Of a stretch of 64,000 nucleotides of DNA, positions 14,401-29,752 are shown piece after piece. This stretch comes from Catajapyx aquilonaris (lineage: Eukaryota): positions 62,001 to 126,000 of the forward strand of contig KZ537988.1 of the NCBI GenBank assembly GCA_000934665.2. The letters are read 5' to 3'. Every line of letters begins with the position of its first letter. Position 1 is the stretch's first letter. The position numbers and the translations under genes were made by a program. A model generated the notes under the pieces. That model saw only the letters and a program-made list of their open reading frames with translations. It was not told the DNA's origin and made no database searches.

Positions 14401-16825
14401 TTTCTATAAGTACCGGTATATCATGTTATAAAAGTTTCTGGTGTACCTGGTGTATTCCTGTGCCTACCATTAGGGGAAAACTAAAGATGGTAGCAGGTGG
14501 TAGAGCCTTCAAGACTAGAGAAAATAACACTTAACTTTCCCCCTAGTTGTATTTCATTATTCTGACATGTAGCCTACTGCTTAGTGTACAACGTCATGTT
14601 CAGACATACGCACCATCATCCACAAAAATTCATCATAATATCCTGTCACATGTTGCGTATGATTTAAGAGGTGTACACACAGACATCCTCCCCATGGTGA
14701 GCCACAAGGACAAACAAGGATCACAGTTAGTTGCACTTAGACATTGCCAAAAATCACTTTCCATACTATTCCCGGTTGCATTTACCACAAGGTGCCCATG
14801 CCTCTAAAAATTGCATCCCTACCCCCTGATGTTACCGCTACCACAGCGGCAGCGCAGTCAACACAGGAATTCATTCAGGGAACGAAAACCAAACCAAATG
14901 TCTAAATGGCACATTTTCCCCTCCGAAACGAGAAATTGTTTTGTGGAGACCTGCATGACAAACTGGTCGCTGGGCATCACTCATGCTAACTCTCAACATT
15001 CACGGCCTGATGAGTCCCAGAGATGGAATGGAAAACAGGTATCCCTGCTGTGTAATGCATGTGGTGGCAGACCAGCACAACCCCCTCCCCCCCTCGACTA
15101 GTACCCAGTATGGCATATATCCCTCCCCAGCACCCGACCACCCCACAAAAACCCTCCGCATCACAGAACGTGGGCTGATCAGAATAGTAATTCGGCACAA
15201 AGCATCGGTTTCAATTCATACCCACTTTTTTTTTCATGCCCTTCCCCTTTTCGTCTGATTGTCAGCGCGAGGAATTGGGAGAATTTGTCCAGCCGAGGTA
15301 AAAGAGGGAACATATACATTTGCAATTGGTAGGGGTCTACAGGGACTTGCCTACTGTTTCTGCATAGTTTTGCTGGGGCTGCCCGATTAAATCCCGAGTG
15401 CTCCCTTATTGTGCCGGTGATAATTCGATAACCACATACTTTGCAGATTCCGGTCCCCTACCTGAATGGAGGAAACAATAGTAGTGGAGGCATGTCGAGG
15501 GGAACTCGACCGACTGGCACTAAATGTCCTGGGGTGTTGTTTTACACTGCCTGCAAAAGGCCAGATTTTTGAGGCAGGTACTGGAACGGACATGTCCAGA
15601 CGATAAGGGTCCTGGCACACTATACGTTTTTTTTTTTAAAAAAAAGGGGGGTCGCCATTTACAAACCGATTGTAGAAAAATTTGCAGATGTTTTTCGTCC
15701 CGCCTCTAAGTAAACAAATGGGGCGGCATAGTTGTCGCAACTTTTCACACAGCCTACTCCACCGCTGATTTTTCAAATCCAAACTGGATGAAATGGGCAT
15801 AAATTTGGGCTAGGACCACAGCACACCGTAACTCTCACTTTGCTTTCCCGTGACACGTGACCCCGCGGCTTCCAACGCTGGCAATGCCACATTTCCACAT
15901 GGCACGCAGATAAAACATTTAATGATTTCACCCTATTATAAAAATTACAATGGCGGGTGTTCTGCACACCGTTACGCTGCGAGAAGGCACAAATAGAAAT
16001 TTACGGCCTGTATCACGGATGACTGGAAGCGAACCGATTTCCCAGCCAATCTATAGCTCACGCGTACGCTTAAATTATGCGCGTACCACACGATGGATGC
16101 CTCTCGTTTACCCTCACTACTTTTCTAGGGACACCCACACCCAAAAAAAGGTTCGCTCAGGGTGAAAACAATCGACAAGTATATCCACAACACCACATCA
16201 CCATTTGCACCATTTTTTTTAGAGTCCCCAACAATTCCCCCCCAAAAAATGTGTTTATCTCCGCACGTGCACCGGGTGGAAGCACCAGCAAATAATTTGC
16301 TTTAATGCTTTTGGATATGGCACAAAATGTCCACAATGCATTTCTCATCTGGAAATGAGTGTACGGCAGCCGTATCATTAATCACGGCAGTGCATCCAGC
16401 GAAACTGCGGAGCGCATTCATTGAAATTTGATGAAAATTGGACCATCAGATATGTTCCGGGGGCCCAGAGCTGAAGCCCGAATTTACGAGGGCTTGACAG
16501 GGTAAAGCCCAACTGCCAATCTGAGTTGCAGCTCAGCGAAACTGTTGGCTAACCCCTACATATTCATCCGTGGCAAAAGCTACCTCACTTTCCACTGTTT
16601 CTGTCAGCATGAGAAAGGAGTCCTTTTCGGCCCGAGGAAACTGAAGAATTTGACGCCTCCGATCAGTGACGTTTATTCCTCACTCAGCCTTTCAACCCCA
16701 GTTAGTAAAAAGGGTGGAGGGCCAAGTATACGTCCCCGGGTAAATATTAAATCAGTCTTGCAGCTTGCTTCGTTGCCTGGGAATGAAATTTACGGCCCGC
16801 GATCTCGATCGCTGAAGACGAAAGG

Positions 16826-16866
16826 AGAAGAAGAAGAAGAAGAAGAAGAAGAAGAAGAAGAAGAAA
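16826..16866 (+). repeat. (GAA)n microsatellite
   Basis: About 13 perfect GAA units. Confidence 0.95.
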
Positions 16867-19800
16867 GAAAAAAAAGAGAAGGAAGTTAGGACGACTGCTG
16901 CCAGATTTATATCGCTGGTTAGGTGAACTATGTGTTGCTCATTTGCAAGTACACTTCAGGCTATGGATAGTGCTGGTATTAATAATGAATGTTTACAAAA
17001 GTTGGTCAAGCAAGAATTGCAGAAAAGCGTGAAATTAAGACTCCCACATAAATTTACCTCATAAAAATTACCCTATCAGCAAACACTGGTGTGAAAACGC
17101 GCATGAGAATGAGGTAAACTCAACCGTTTCTGACCATTGCATAACGGCAACAACATCAAAAGGTTGGTCCGTTTGGTAACATAGAGAAACAAATTGCAGG
17201 TTCTTAGAGAGGATATGCACAAGTAAGAAGTAACGGGGCCAAAATAATTCGGAATCTCGTCATAGGTCCTTGCACTCCTTCCTGCTTTCCAAGGTTTTGG
17301 GGGATCTAGTAGTCCTGGAGTGGAAGCAGCCTGGGCAGAGACAAAGCCCGATCCTAGCCTTTTGTGGACTGGCTCTTGGATTGTGACGGAACGGAAGCAT
17401 TTCTTTGTGCCAGAGCAGCCAGTTCTAACCATCGCACCAGCAGGGTTTCTCCATTCGGTCTAGTCTTTTCCCCTCCCGCAAAACCAAATCTGTGGCCAAA
17501 ATTCGCCTTTATTCTCGTCCTTTTTTGGGCTTGGTTTCTGAAAAGCACAGCATCTCCCTACAATCTTATTAAATTTAAGAACGACTATCTGGAAGAGAAC
17601 ATACGGTAATATTGCGAATATACGTAATATTACCGAATGTTCTCTTCCAGATAGAATTAGAAAATTAGCTAATCTTCTAATGAACACGGCTGGATCCAGT
17701 GAAGCTAGATCTTAACACCGTCTACTATTATCACTTTATGAATCTTTTAATTCCTTTGTCATTACGTCTTTTTATATTATTTGTAGGCCTAACATGCAGT
17801 GGGCCAGGGTAAAACTGCTTTCAAAGAAAAAAAGTCAATCCCACAGCAAGTGCGTCAGTGATTTAGAGATAATACTACAGGAACTGAATTCATGTTTTTT
17901 CTATTGGTCACATAAGCATTGTACCATTTTAGTGCCACGCACTGTCATATTTTATAACAAAGCCATGCTTTGATACACATATGCTTTTAGTGCCAATACG
18001 GGCCAATGAGCTACACAAAAACTCATTTGCACAATTTAAGAAATTAGTGTATCACTTAATAATGACAGGTTAAAATCGCAACACTCCCTACGAATTACTT
18101 CCTTAATTATTATAATTACAACATATAATGCATAAAGAGGCCCGAACCTCCCTACCATCTGAAACCTATTCGCCAACGCTTTTACGATTTCGGATAATTT
18201 CTGCACCTCCACAAATTATCTCATCATGCTTGGCCACTGAAGCCGCACAACCGCGATAAGAACCAACCCTACGAAAAAAAAAAAAACAATCTCAAAGTTT
18301 AGCGATGCAAAGCCCATAAAGAGCGGATGTGATTATTCATCATCATCTCAGTCAAACACGTTGAAAACCTTTTTCCCTGCATGTCTTAGGCTGCTCAAGA
18401 CCCAGTTTTTGACCCTCTCTTTAAAAAAAAAATGGAAGGCAGGCCACCCTTTTCGCAGGCAAGGCAAGGTTGCTGCAATTCCCCGCTGGCTTCCATCGGC
18501 CTGTCACGTTATCTCTCTCTTTGGAAAATTGCGCCCGAAAAGCTCTCACGATTACATAGCCTCCTATCAAGAAATCAAAGAAAGGGGGGCCGAGGGGATA
18601 AACTCGGGCCTTCTTTATCGTACTCTGTAATTATGCAGATGCATTTTAAAGTTGGCAGGAGCTATGATATGATATTCCCCAAGAAATGTGGAAGAGGGGG
18701 GATGGAGCTTTCGAAATTTTGGATAGGGTTGGAAGACAATTATTCTGGGTGAAAACATCATGGGGATTGTCCTCAAAGTTGATGAATGGTGAATGGGAGG
18801 TTCCTGTTTGTTTACTGACAAAATATATTGGCATTTGTTCTGCCCGCCGACATTATACGGTTTTTATTACTGGAGTAATATCTCTTAAACTGCCATCACA
18901 TGAAGTTGGGGCCCCCCCAGTTTCGGTGGAATATAAATCCTGAAGAGGTGATGGTTGCTAACTGTGCCCATTTTTACAGCGCTATGTTTTAAAAACGGTG
19001 ACACTATGGGCTTTGTTTTAAACTTTAACTATTTTTAATAGGAAAGAAGAGCTGTTCGGAAATTTAGTGAGGCACTTAAAGTTATCTAAACATTTCGGCG
19101 GTGACAACACACACACGCTCAATGGTTTTGGCGATCACAATGTGAAAAACAGTGGAACTAACTACGTAAACTTAAATGAATTCTCAGTGCTTCAAACGCC
19201 AGCTTTAATTCGCAGATGCCGATGCAGATCTATACGGCCTGATAGCTTTAATTACAACTTTACTGAAAACGTCCCGCTCAAAATACTGTGCACCCGTAAA
19301 CTTTTCCCCTTCTGTTTATTGCACTTCTACCGAAAGTCGGGTTAATAAATGTTCAGAAGTCCCATTTTCCTTTGTGACTTCCCCAAACTTAGGCTCCCCG
19401 CTCTCCGTATAAGTTAAAGTTTTTAGAAAAGGCTTCTTTCCTATCAGATTTCTTTCCACGATCATAGCAACCACCATAACTTTCGATCTCTTGTGCTGAG
19501 AAAAGAACGACTGAAAAGGAAAAGAGGCCAGGCTTGCTTTTCCTAGGCCTACCCCCTTCATCTTCACCATCTCTTTTCCACCCAACCCTATGGACTATAA
19601 ATTAACTCCCTGTGGTGGCTGCCCTATCCTACAGTTTTTTCCTATCCAACATCATTTTTTTCTTTTTTTTTTCTTCTTCTTCTTCTTTCACTCACCAAAA
19701 GAAGGTTGGGTTCGGATTCAGGTAGTCCGAACCAAGAATGGAGGCGTACAAGAGATCTCGATAAGCCTATACGGATTTCGTTTACGGCTTTCCATCTCTC

Positions 19801-22800
19801 TGTCTCGAGATTTACGATGGTCGGTGTTCATACCGGTTGCGCTCCTGTCCATAAACCCAGCTACATTTCAAATGTGTTAATTTGTGCCTGAAATTTTTTT
19901 CGCCAACTTCCGAAGCAACAATAACGCTTCTTAGCCCCCCACAAAGAGTTCCAGCTGGCCAGACTATTATTTCCGCATGAAGAGCCCTATGTTTGGACAT
20001 AAACGGAAAAGGACTTGACCCCCACTAATTTCCTCGTTTTTTCCCCCCCCTACTCTTGCGATGAACAAATTGCGACCCAACAGGCGCATTTATCACCTAT
20101 AGCGAGGTACGCAACACATGCAGGGCTGAGCGTCGACTGTTGCGGTCGTAAAAAGAGTGACAAAAACCGCAATTAAGTTGGGTACAAGCTAGATGTGCAG
20201 GGGGCATGAATAGGAGTCAGAAAGTGGGCCTGAAATTGCTGGAAATAAAGACGTGGGCACCATTGACAGGGCGTTTTATGACCTGTTGGGTAGGGGGGGT
20301 ATGGTGGGGGTTGTACAGGGCTAGGGGGTGGGGGAGGCATGGGACACACTCATGGCTCATGTCCCGTGGTCAGCTCTGCTGACATTCCCTAATGATGAGG
20401 GCTGTAAAGGGACTTGTTGCTCTTGTTTCGGGGAGGTGTTGCTGCTCCGATTCAATTAAGATTAGTGCTACCCCATACCCAGGGCTTTATAACTAGGGAA
20501 CAAACCGGGACCGAACCCTAACCGACCTCTTCTCTGTGGCCTTTTTTTTCTGGGTCACCCGGTCTGACAAGGGAAGTTTTCAGTGATGGGGACCCAGAGA
20601 ATTTAGGGGCATCTGGAAAGGCCATTACTCGCCTGAAATTCCAATGCTTGACTTCAATTTTTCTGGATTCCAGGGCTACACCGAAATATCTCAGTTCGGT
20701 TTGGGAGGTAAATCCGTGTTCAAAATCGGTGTAGCTCAATCATTTGGAAATGCTGGTGTCCTCATTAGGTTTGAAAAAGTGAAGCTCGAATAATTTCAGC
20801 GGTTGTAGGGTTACATGGCTGATGTTTCCTACCGCACAAAAAAGCGTAATAAAAAGCAGTTCTACAAATCAGATTATTATTGGACCACCCTGGATTCCTC
20901 ATACAATCAAATAACTGGTTTTTAATACAGTATTTTATTTCTTTGGTGCCACATAAAAGATATGGGTGGGCTGATAATATACACTGTCTGCAGCTGCTCA
21001 GTATATAGTCACCTTGTTGACGTCCCTTTTCAAATGAAAAAACAAACCGAAAATTTTATAACCTGTGAATTCTGATGAGCAGATAAAATCTCGCATTTAA
21101 TGCTCAATGAAAGAAAATACAATTGTTACGCTGTAAACATGTAAATGTTCTCGTACTGTACTCTGCCAAACATAGCATTAATAAAAAATTACCTCTCTTG
21201 GGAAAAAAAATCCATCCGTCATTGTAACTTTAAATGTGCAGTGCAGAATATACAGTTTTAGCTGCCTATGACACCTGACGCGAGAAATTGGCCATTCATA
21301 TTTTGAAGTGTAGGCTACACCTGATTACGAATACCGGTACTCTCAATTATGAGGAGACATTTTATATAATGAACACTTGTTTAGTACTGTACTCTGGATT
21401 ATGTATGAATACAGACAACATGACTCTTGATTGTAACGTGGTAATCATATTCTGCGGAACAAAAGAAGCAGTCAAAGAAATGAAGTCCCATCTGCAATAC
21501 TGATTGGTGATATAGTGATGCTATAATGTGCAGGTACCGCTGATGCAACTTCTTGCAAATCTACAGCCCAAAGCATTACTGCAGCTGACATTTCGCTTGC
21601 CGCTATCTCTCGTGACATTTAACATTTTGTATCACTGACAGCCTGCGTCAGCTACCTTTCGATGTCATAATGAATCTTCATTCATCCGCCTACATGCTTA
21701 TACACTATACCACAACAAACACATGATCAGGCAATAATAGACCTGTGACATTACAGTATATAAATCTGGCAATATAAGTTCCCGCAAGTGCATAATTTAA
21801 TCAACATCGATTTCATTAATAATCATTCACCCCATTAGGTGATATTACTGACCATTGTTTAGGTGACACGGCCTGGAACATGTCGCCTGATTGTGCCTCT
21901 AACCCCAACCCACCCCACTCAAAATCCCGTAGATTCATACGCTAAACAAAAGGTGCAAGGCCATGTCCTCCTATTCACGCCAATATGAGCAGACCCCACC
22001 TTGTATCTCTGAATAAGTACAAGGACGTTCACGCACCTTTTACCTTGCAAGTACACCAAGGGCGCATTATAATGTCAACAATAAATCTAGCATTAGTCCA
22101 CCCGTATTCGGCATAAAAACCGACCCCCACGTACAGTACGATATTCGTTCGTGACTTTCAGGAGCACAACTCAAGTGCAGTCCTATACATTGCAGAAAAG
22201 GAGCCGGAACCAGCTTCCTTCGCAACCAACCAACCAACCCCAATATTCCCTCGCAGCCTACCGAAAATACCGTGCAACCAATGTCGCCGCCTAAGTGATT
22301 TATCGGTTGAGCGAAATATGCTATTGCGCCGTAAATTTCCTCACTTTAATGAAGAACCTTTTAGGGGGATGCTGGAAAGGGAGAAAAAGAGTGAAGCTAA
22401 ACACACGCGGGTCGGCCCGACTCCAAATTTCCCGCTGACCTCCCAATGTCCCCCAAGACGCGACCAATCTTTTGCCTCGTGTCGCCCCACACCGACACCA
22501 TTTTCTCAGACTGTCTCCGGTTCCATTCGCAGTTGCAAAAGAAAACGGGGATTTACGCAGCGCATCTGAAATGAGATCGCATTTTTCGGAAAAGAGAGGC
22601 CGCTAGTGTCGCCACGCCACGTGGTGGCCAAGACGTGGTACTGCACATTATTAGACATCCCCCTTCCTTTTGTGGGTAGAAACTTGCGATCAGTGTGACC
22701 AGAAATTAGAGGCATGGCAGGTGTGAGATACGACTTTCTCCCCTTCCCTAAAAGTGTTTTTTCATGACTTTTTGGCACCCTCTGGACCGTTATTGGCTTT

Positions 22801-25800
22801 GACATTGTGAGGGTGTGGCTGAGATTCGAGGAAAATGTGGAAAATTCAAAATTGTCGTACTTTGAAAAAAATAATTCATTGGACCTCAGAATGGTTAGAT
22901 GTAAGGAAAATCCTGACGTCACGAGGCAATTAAGTGACAGAAGAAAAGGCAGTCCCAGGGCGCGTCTCATCCCATCCCAGCCGCGGCAGCGCTAATGTGA
23001 CGTATCTCCTTTTGATATCTGCATTAAATCACAATTTAGCCTCCACTTAATGCAAATTTCATGCAAATTATCCCGACCAGAAAATGGCAAACGCACCTCG
23101 CTTATCTCCTTTGCAAAGGAGCTTCTCCACCACCTCCCCCCTTCTATTTCTACCCCCTCCTCCATCCCCCTCCAACTTCTCCCTTACTCCCCACTCTCCC
23201 TCCTCCAAGCTTCAAATTGAATTTCCTATGTTAATGGGGCTTCATTGATGGATCGGTCGATGCTTTAATTCCGGCCAAAATAGGAAATGCTTCTTAACAG
23301 CCGTCGGGTGTAAAGGAGTCAGTCGCCCGTGCTTTGGATTCCTCTTCCTTATACTATTCCGGTAATTAATTCCCTTGCCTACTGAATAAAGACCGGATTA
23401 TTCACTTCTTGGTTTTATGCACAGGAGTGTGCTTGTCTATGTGCGCCAGGGCGTTTCAATGGGAGGAGTCCTTCTCAGATTATGTGTGTAAGTTGCTTTA
23501 ATGCTGTTGTGAATAACATTGGGACGTCTCAGGAGCTACCTGGACACAGAGGTCAACATTGTGTCTAGTATTCCCTAATTTGTTCCATAACCTAGATATT
23601 ACCGTATATCTATGTTATTAATACTAGACTGTCATGGCAACTCCTCCCGCAGCGTACAGCATTGGTAGTGGTGTCAAAATTTTGCCCGAGTTTTCTAGAT
23701 TGCAAACCACTTTTGTTTTTGGAAACAGTGCCCAGCAGTTTTTGCAAATCGCAAAAAACGCACCCCCCCGACGATGCCAGTTCCACGGAATTCCCAATTC
23801 CGCCGCTGCCTGCTTGGTCGCGACTCGCTTCTGCACTTTACCATCGGATGTCGCTTCGATGCTGCCTGATGCGCGTCTCTATCTCTCTCCCAAATTTTGG
23901 CAACCCGTGACTAGTCGACATTATAATATATTTTAGCCAATCTCTACCTATATAGAAACAAAGTAAGCAAATGGATGCCAGATATTATACGAGAGAGGCA
24001 GACCGCTATTAGTATGTCAGTGTTGCCAGTAAGTGAATAGCACCATCAACCCGACACTATTATTGACTTGTCAGCTATGAAAAGTGGAGTCAAATCCATG
24101 TCCCAAGTAATGAAGAAATCCCCCATGCCGCATAAAGATCTCAAACCATCTGGCACAATCTTGGCAGTTATAAAATATAAGCGAGCAGGACAGGCTACCT
24201 GAAAGACTGTCCTCACCAATCCAGGCGGACTTCTATTAGGAGGCTGCGAGCTTTGCCAGCCCAGATCAAACCTGATCATGCAACACCCTCATTAAATGAT
24301 TAGCGTTAATAAGGCTTCACCGTGAAAGGAAAGCTTGGCGTCTTGAGAGAAAAAAAAAAGACAACGCAGAAGATAAGGATATGAAGGCCTGCCATTTTGC
24401 GGGAACATGTAACGAACCCGGATGGCCCCCATCACGTGACCTAATGGTAGAGCCTGGGTTTTTAACCTGTCCCTACTATTCAGCGCCCCTGACATGAGCG
24501 AAGGATAAGTGGACGTGTTGCCCATGTTTTACCTCATAACCGAAACTTGGGATATCAGATCTGATTAGATGCCAATAACACCAGTGAGCAGCCGTGAGAA
24601 CCAAGTTCAAATCACGCCATGATTTTACTACTTCAACAATGTACCGGCCGGCATATGCGAGGCCTAGGCGCAGCAGCAATGCTCCCATCTCGCGGCCACC
24701 CAACCACCATTCCCAGCACCTGCGCTCACCTCGGGAGGAAATTATAAATCCTCGTTTGTATCGGCCTCAAAATCTGCATTTTCACTCCGGGGCCGCCCTT
24801 GCCTTTGACGGTTCCCTATCTTAGCTCATTAGGAGCTGTCGAATTGCCCCGGGGATGCCCTAGGCCGATGGGGACTACCAGAGCGACTGGGCCGGATCGT
24901 TGGGATGTAGGCTTGAGCTTGGGTGAGAGCTGGAGGTGGGGTTGGCCCCGGGGCGGGCTGGGCGCCAACTTAGCACCCCCGCCAAACAAGAACTTGGTTG
25001 CTTTGTTGCACGATCCCATCCCCATGCGTTATTAATCAATACTCCCGAGTTGTACCATTCAAGTTACCTCGCTTTGAGAAAGCCTAATTAGCGATTTGGT
25101 TAATGAGAGCCGTACGGGCTTGAATACGTGTTCAAGATAAAATGCTATAAATAACGAGAGGCATGGAAATGAGATGTAAATATTTTATAAAGATAGAGAG
25201 AGTAATGTGAAAAGCCAGTCCGGGACATTGTTACTGTTTAGTCGATATCCAGATGAGGACTATGCCGATTGAGCGGGGCCGGTTGTTTGCTGTACTTTGC
25301 CGGGTGTACTATGGGAGAGTCTATCAGGGACGAAAAATTTGCCAAGGGTTTTGCCTCATTAGATGTGATAGCATTGTATGGCTGGTATGATGATTCACTC
25401 TAGTTTTGTCAAGCAAGATGAAATATTGCGATTCGTAGGACCCAACAAGTTACACTGTATGTAACCAGATGTTCGCCTCAGACATTCTCCTGGGGCACGC
25501 ATTACTATAGCGAATGATTGGCCTGCTAGTGTCACAAGTCATAACTGCTGTTGCTGTCAAGCCCTTGAAAACACCCATGAGCTGCGGTTTTTCAGATAAA
25601 CGGAGCGATAAGTGACAGGAATAAAGTATTCCCCTGTAAAACTAAATGCATCAGGTTATACAGTACACTTAATGTGTTGTCTGTAAATTTGCCTTTCGAA
25701 ATGATAATGAATTTTTGATCATGTCAAGATCATTTAGTTGCTGCTCAGAGGAGGTGCCTTGTCAACGTATTTTTCAGAATTAATCTCGTTTGCAGTACTG

Positions 25801-28800
25801 TGCGATGAAAAATGAAGGATAAGAAAAGTTTTGTTGTCGGTGCAAAAATTCCGAGAGCCTAAAAATGATATATTTTGATTTGCTGGATGGCCAGGGAAAT
25901 TCAATTTTCAGAGTAGCCTATAAAAGAGAAAATATGGAAATTCTTTTTGTTGAGAAACAGCAAAACTTGTTATAATTTAATCTAACGAATGCCAACGAAT
26001 CTCGTTTGTTTCTGAACGGCTAACAAAATAATATAGTTTCATGTATATAATGTGGCCTAAGTTTTAAGTGAATATACATGGTACAGTATAAGAATGGGTA
26101 ATCAAACATAAGACTTGTATAGCCTTTACATGTACGGGTTTTTCATGTGAAGTGTTCAAAATCCCAGAGTACAGTAATGTTTATACTGGGGAAGACATAA
26201 AGACATGATGACCTGATATACAGAACGACCAGAATTGCAAGGACATAATAATTATTATATATGGCAGATTGATGTCTGAAACATACTATGCTTTATTGGA
26301 TTCCTCTCAAACGAACGTTTTTATTGGAAGGCAGCGGGACACATACCAGTCAAAAAAAAAATCAATCAAAAATACACATCATAGACTAACTTACATTAGT
26401 GCTCTGCAATGAGTAACTCACTTCCGTCCATTACGCGACTATGTAGCCCTACTGATTGTGCATTTAAATCTTGGAATGAATTTGTTTCACAATCTAGTGT
26501 TGGGCAAATCAAAAGAGCTCTTATATGACGTTAGTTATATGACTGTATAATATTCTCTATTTTTCGGCCTCTATTTTAGAACCACAGGGCAATCAAAGAA
26601 ATGGAACAAAACTAATAAAACACGGTCAAATATGTTTATCACTGTATTGAAGTGACTTCGTTTAAACTTGGGGAGAGGAAGTGACTGATTTTATATCTGG
26701 GAAAATGTTAAATTTAAGATGACGGATTCGCAATGTAAGAAAAAGTGAACAGAATAACTTATAATTTATGAGCTTAACAGTTTTGCTAGGGTTTTTCATT
26801 CCTCTGAAATCTCACGAGAAAATAATGAAATTTTTTGGTTCATAGTAATATGCAAATCAGGTAAGTTATACTTCTAGAGAAACAATATAAGTAGCTTAGT
26901 GTCATGTGTCTGCATACTGTACACTGTACAGTATACCACCAAGTTTTTGTTTTTGTTTTCTTTACCTTTAGTTTATTGTAGGTTTCCTTCCAACGAAAGT
27001 GTATATTTAATGCAATAAGGCCCACATAAAATTTTTCAGAGGAACATAATGATTCACACCCTAATGTCATCAACAGAACAATGTACGTAACTTTGACTCT
27101 GCCTGACAGCTTTAGTAAAGTGTTAAGACCCGAGAAAGTGACTCATGTAGCGGACTGGTTCATTAGCTCTTGGTAACATTCCTTGACACGATATGCGATT
27201 GGCGCAGTTGCGATTTGATTTTCGGCCAGTTTTTGGCAATTTGTCCCACTGTGCAACCGGCGGCTCAATAAAGTTCAATTACATCCAGAACATACTTGAG
27301 CCTTCACACCTAAATATCTGGTCTGCAAGCATTGTGAATGTCAGTTTATTCTGCAATGTTTGATCTCTACCTAATCATTATAATTTTGGTCATAAGTACG
27401 AGTAGAATCACGACAAGTGTAGGAGGCTTGGTAGGAGGTCTCCGCTCAATTTTTAAGTACTTCATCAGAGTACTGTGAAAAATCACCCCGATGTGTTTTT
27501 TTTCGTTTCCAGGGACATGTTGCTTGCTACTAGAATAAATTATTATCTTTGTCTCAATTAGTGTGAGAGACTGAATAACTTCTCTGAAAAACACAATATA
27601 TTACCGTGTTTCAACAGTAGCCACAGTACCTCTCGGGCAGGAAAAAAAATAATTTAATGAGCCTCATCCCCCTTTCCCCACCAAAAAATTTATATCGTGA
27701 TGATGATGCATATCATACCTCTGGACATGAAGAACAGAAGCATTTTTTGGGGAGAACCGTGCCGGCACAGGATTTTGTAAACCTACATATAGAGGAGTCT
27801 GACCGCTACTACAAGTATACCCTTATCCGCTTTACAAAACATTGGCTTTGCGTATGACTAGTTTTAAATAATAACTCCATAGTATTATGCATATTCAAAA
27901 TGTAATTAATACGGGACTAATATGACATTTTGCGTTTCAACTTAGATGAAAACATACTCGTAGGATGAGGCATTCAAGAAGTTCCTCTTATTCACTTTAT
28001 TGATGATTTTGGATTCATTTGAAATTAGCTATTACATCAAATATTTTCACGAACTCTGACACCGAAGATGAGACCTCAATGCTGCTGTACTGGTCCTACA
28101 AAAAATTCGGCCATCTATGCGTAATTATTCTCTAAAATCAGCTAAAATACCAATTTTGCGAGTGTATGTTTTCATTTCACTAACTCCTGAGAAAGTTAGG
28201 CAACAACATTCTTTCATAAATATTATTTGTCAGAAAGATAATTTTTGGACATTCTGGTCGGCTTCCCCAGAATTTACGAAAAAACCACATCCAGCCTGAC
28301 CACCGCAATGTTGCGATGTCATATCTAATTCTCGACATCGCCCGCATGTTGCGCACACTTCCGAAACATTTTTCAGCAAAATAATTTCATATCCGGCACC
28401 AAAACAAAAAATAAAAATAGCAGCCTGACCACCTCTAACTGCACCATGGGCAGTACAATAGTGCGAAATAATGCACGCAAGTATACGCCAGGTGACATTT
28501 AGAGCATAACAAGCGTCCGCAAAGCAAGTCTGAATAAGGGCCAGCCTACTCAGAGCCGGAGATCATGGACAAAACTAGGATTGCGCAAAAATCCCAAATG
28601 GAGTGGATGTAAAACGAGAGCCCAACACGGGCAAACAGAGATCCTCTTACACGTGCAGATAAATTATGTTAAGTCGGGGGAGATTTGGGCGCAATCCCAA
28701 CGGGATCTTCGCTGGCTTGCTGTCAACTTTACGACGCTTTTAACGTCCATTGGCATTATGGGAGTCTTCGGGCACTCTAATTAGATTACAGAAAACCACC

Positions 28801-29752
28801 ATTCTGGCTGCCGAAGGAGCCTCCTACTGAATACTAGATTATGGCTAAATAGCGCACTTCTCAGTGCTTTTTAAATACGCTTCGGTTGCACTCGGGCTGG
28901 ATCAACCGGCAGTAAAAAGAAATCAATTCTGCCGACCGGTTATGCAGCACTGGCCCCCGGACCCCGGACCAACGGATATTACCGAACATTTTTTTTTGGA
29001 AATTCGCGTCACGGAGCCAGCAGAATTACGCTGGAATTATTTCAAATGGAGTGATTTCCCGGCACCTTTGGGATGCGAATTCGCCTCGTGGAGATGTCAC
29101 CGGCACTAGTCGCGCCATCTGTTGATCGGGCAGCAAAACAGAGCGCAGTACATCCCTGCAGCACTCATGCACGCTGCTGTGTATTGTCATTTGTAACGTG
29201 ACAAAGTAATCATCATAAATGCACTTCTGGTACATCCCACTTTTCACATTCCCATGAAGATGCCTTCAGACAACATATCAACGAGCTCCTTTTGTTGCGT
29301 GACGACATCTCCACAGAAATTTGAAACGTGGGTTGTACCAAACATGCACTCAGATTCCGTATACTGTATTGGAAACTGTTTCTGAAATATGGGGATCAGG
29401 GAGGAATAAGTAAATCCTTTCTAAATAACACATGTATTTCTTGCAACACTTTTACATCAATAATAAACTGCAAAAAGTGCCTGACTTTATGTACAAGAAA
29501 TGAATAAAAAAGACAGTAAAAAAGCTAGTTGTTTTCAGAAATGTTGATCACACTCCTGCTTCATACGGTTGACTTGCAAAATACATCACAGAGTGGCAGC
29601 AGTATTACTGTCACAGACGAGGACTCAATTACACCAGGTTGTTCTATCTAATAACTTAATAATTTTGGGTTGAAAAATGTGTCATTCCGCAATTATGGGA
29701 CTTTTGACTGTGTTCAAATATGACTAACATCATTCTCTGATTGGTTTAAGCT

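Noticed and set aside
17681..17700. Resemblance to miR-317 (TGAACACGGCTGGATCCAGT)
   Set aside because: It has a mismatch and a 4-nt gap relative to the recalled mature sequence, and no complementary arm for a hairpin.
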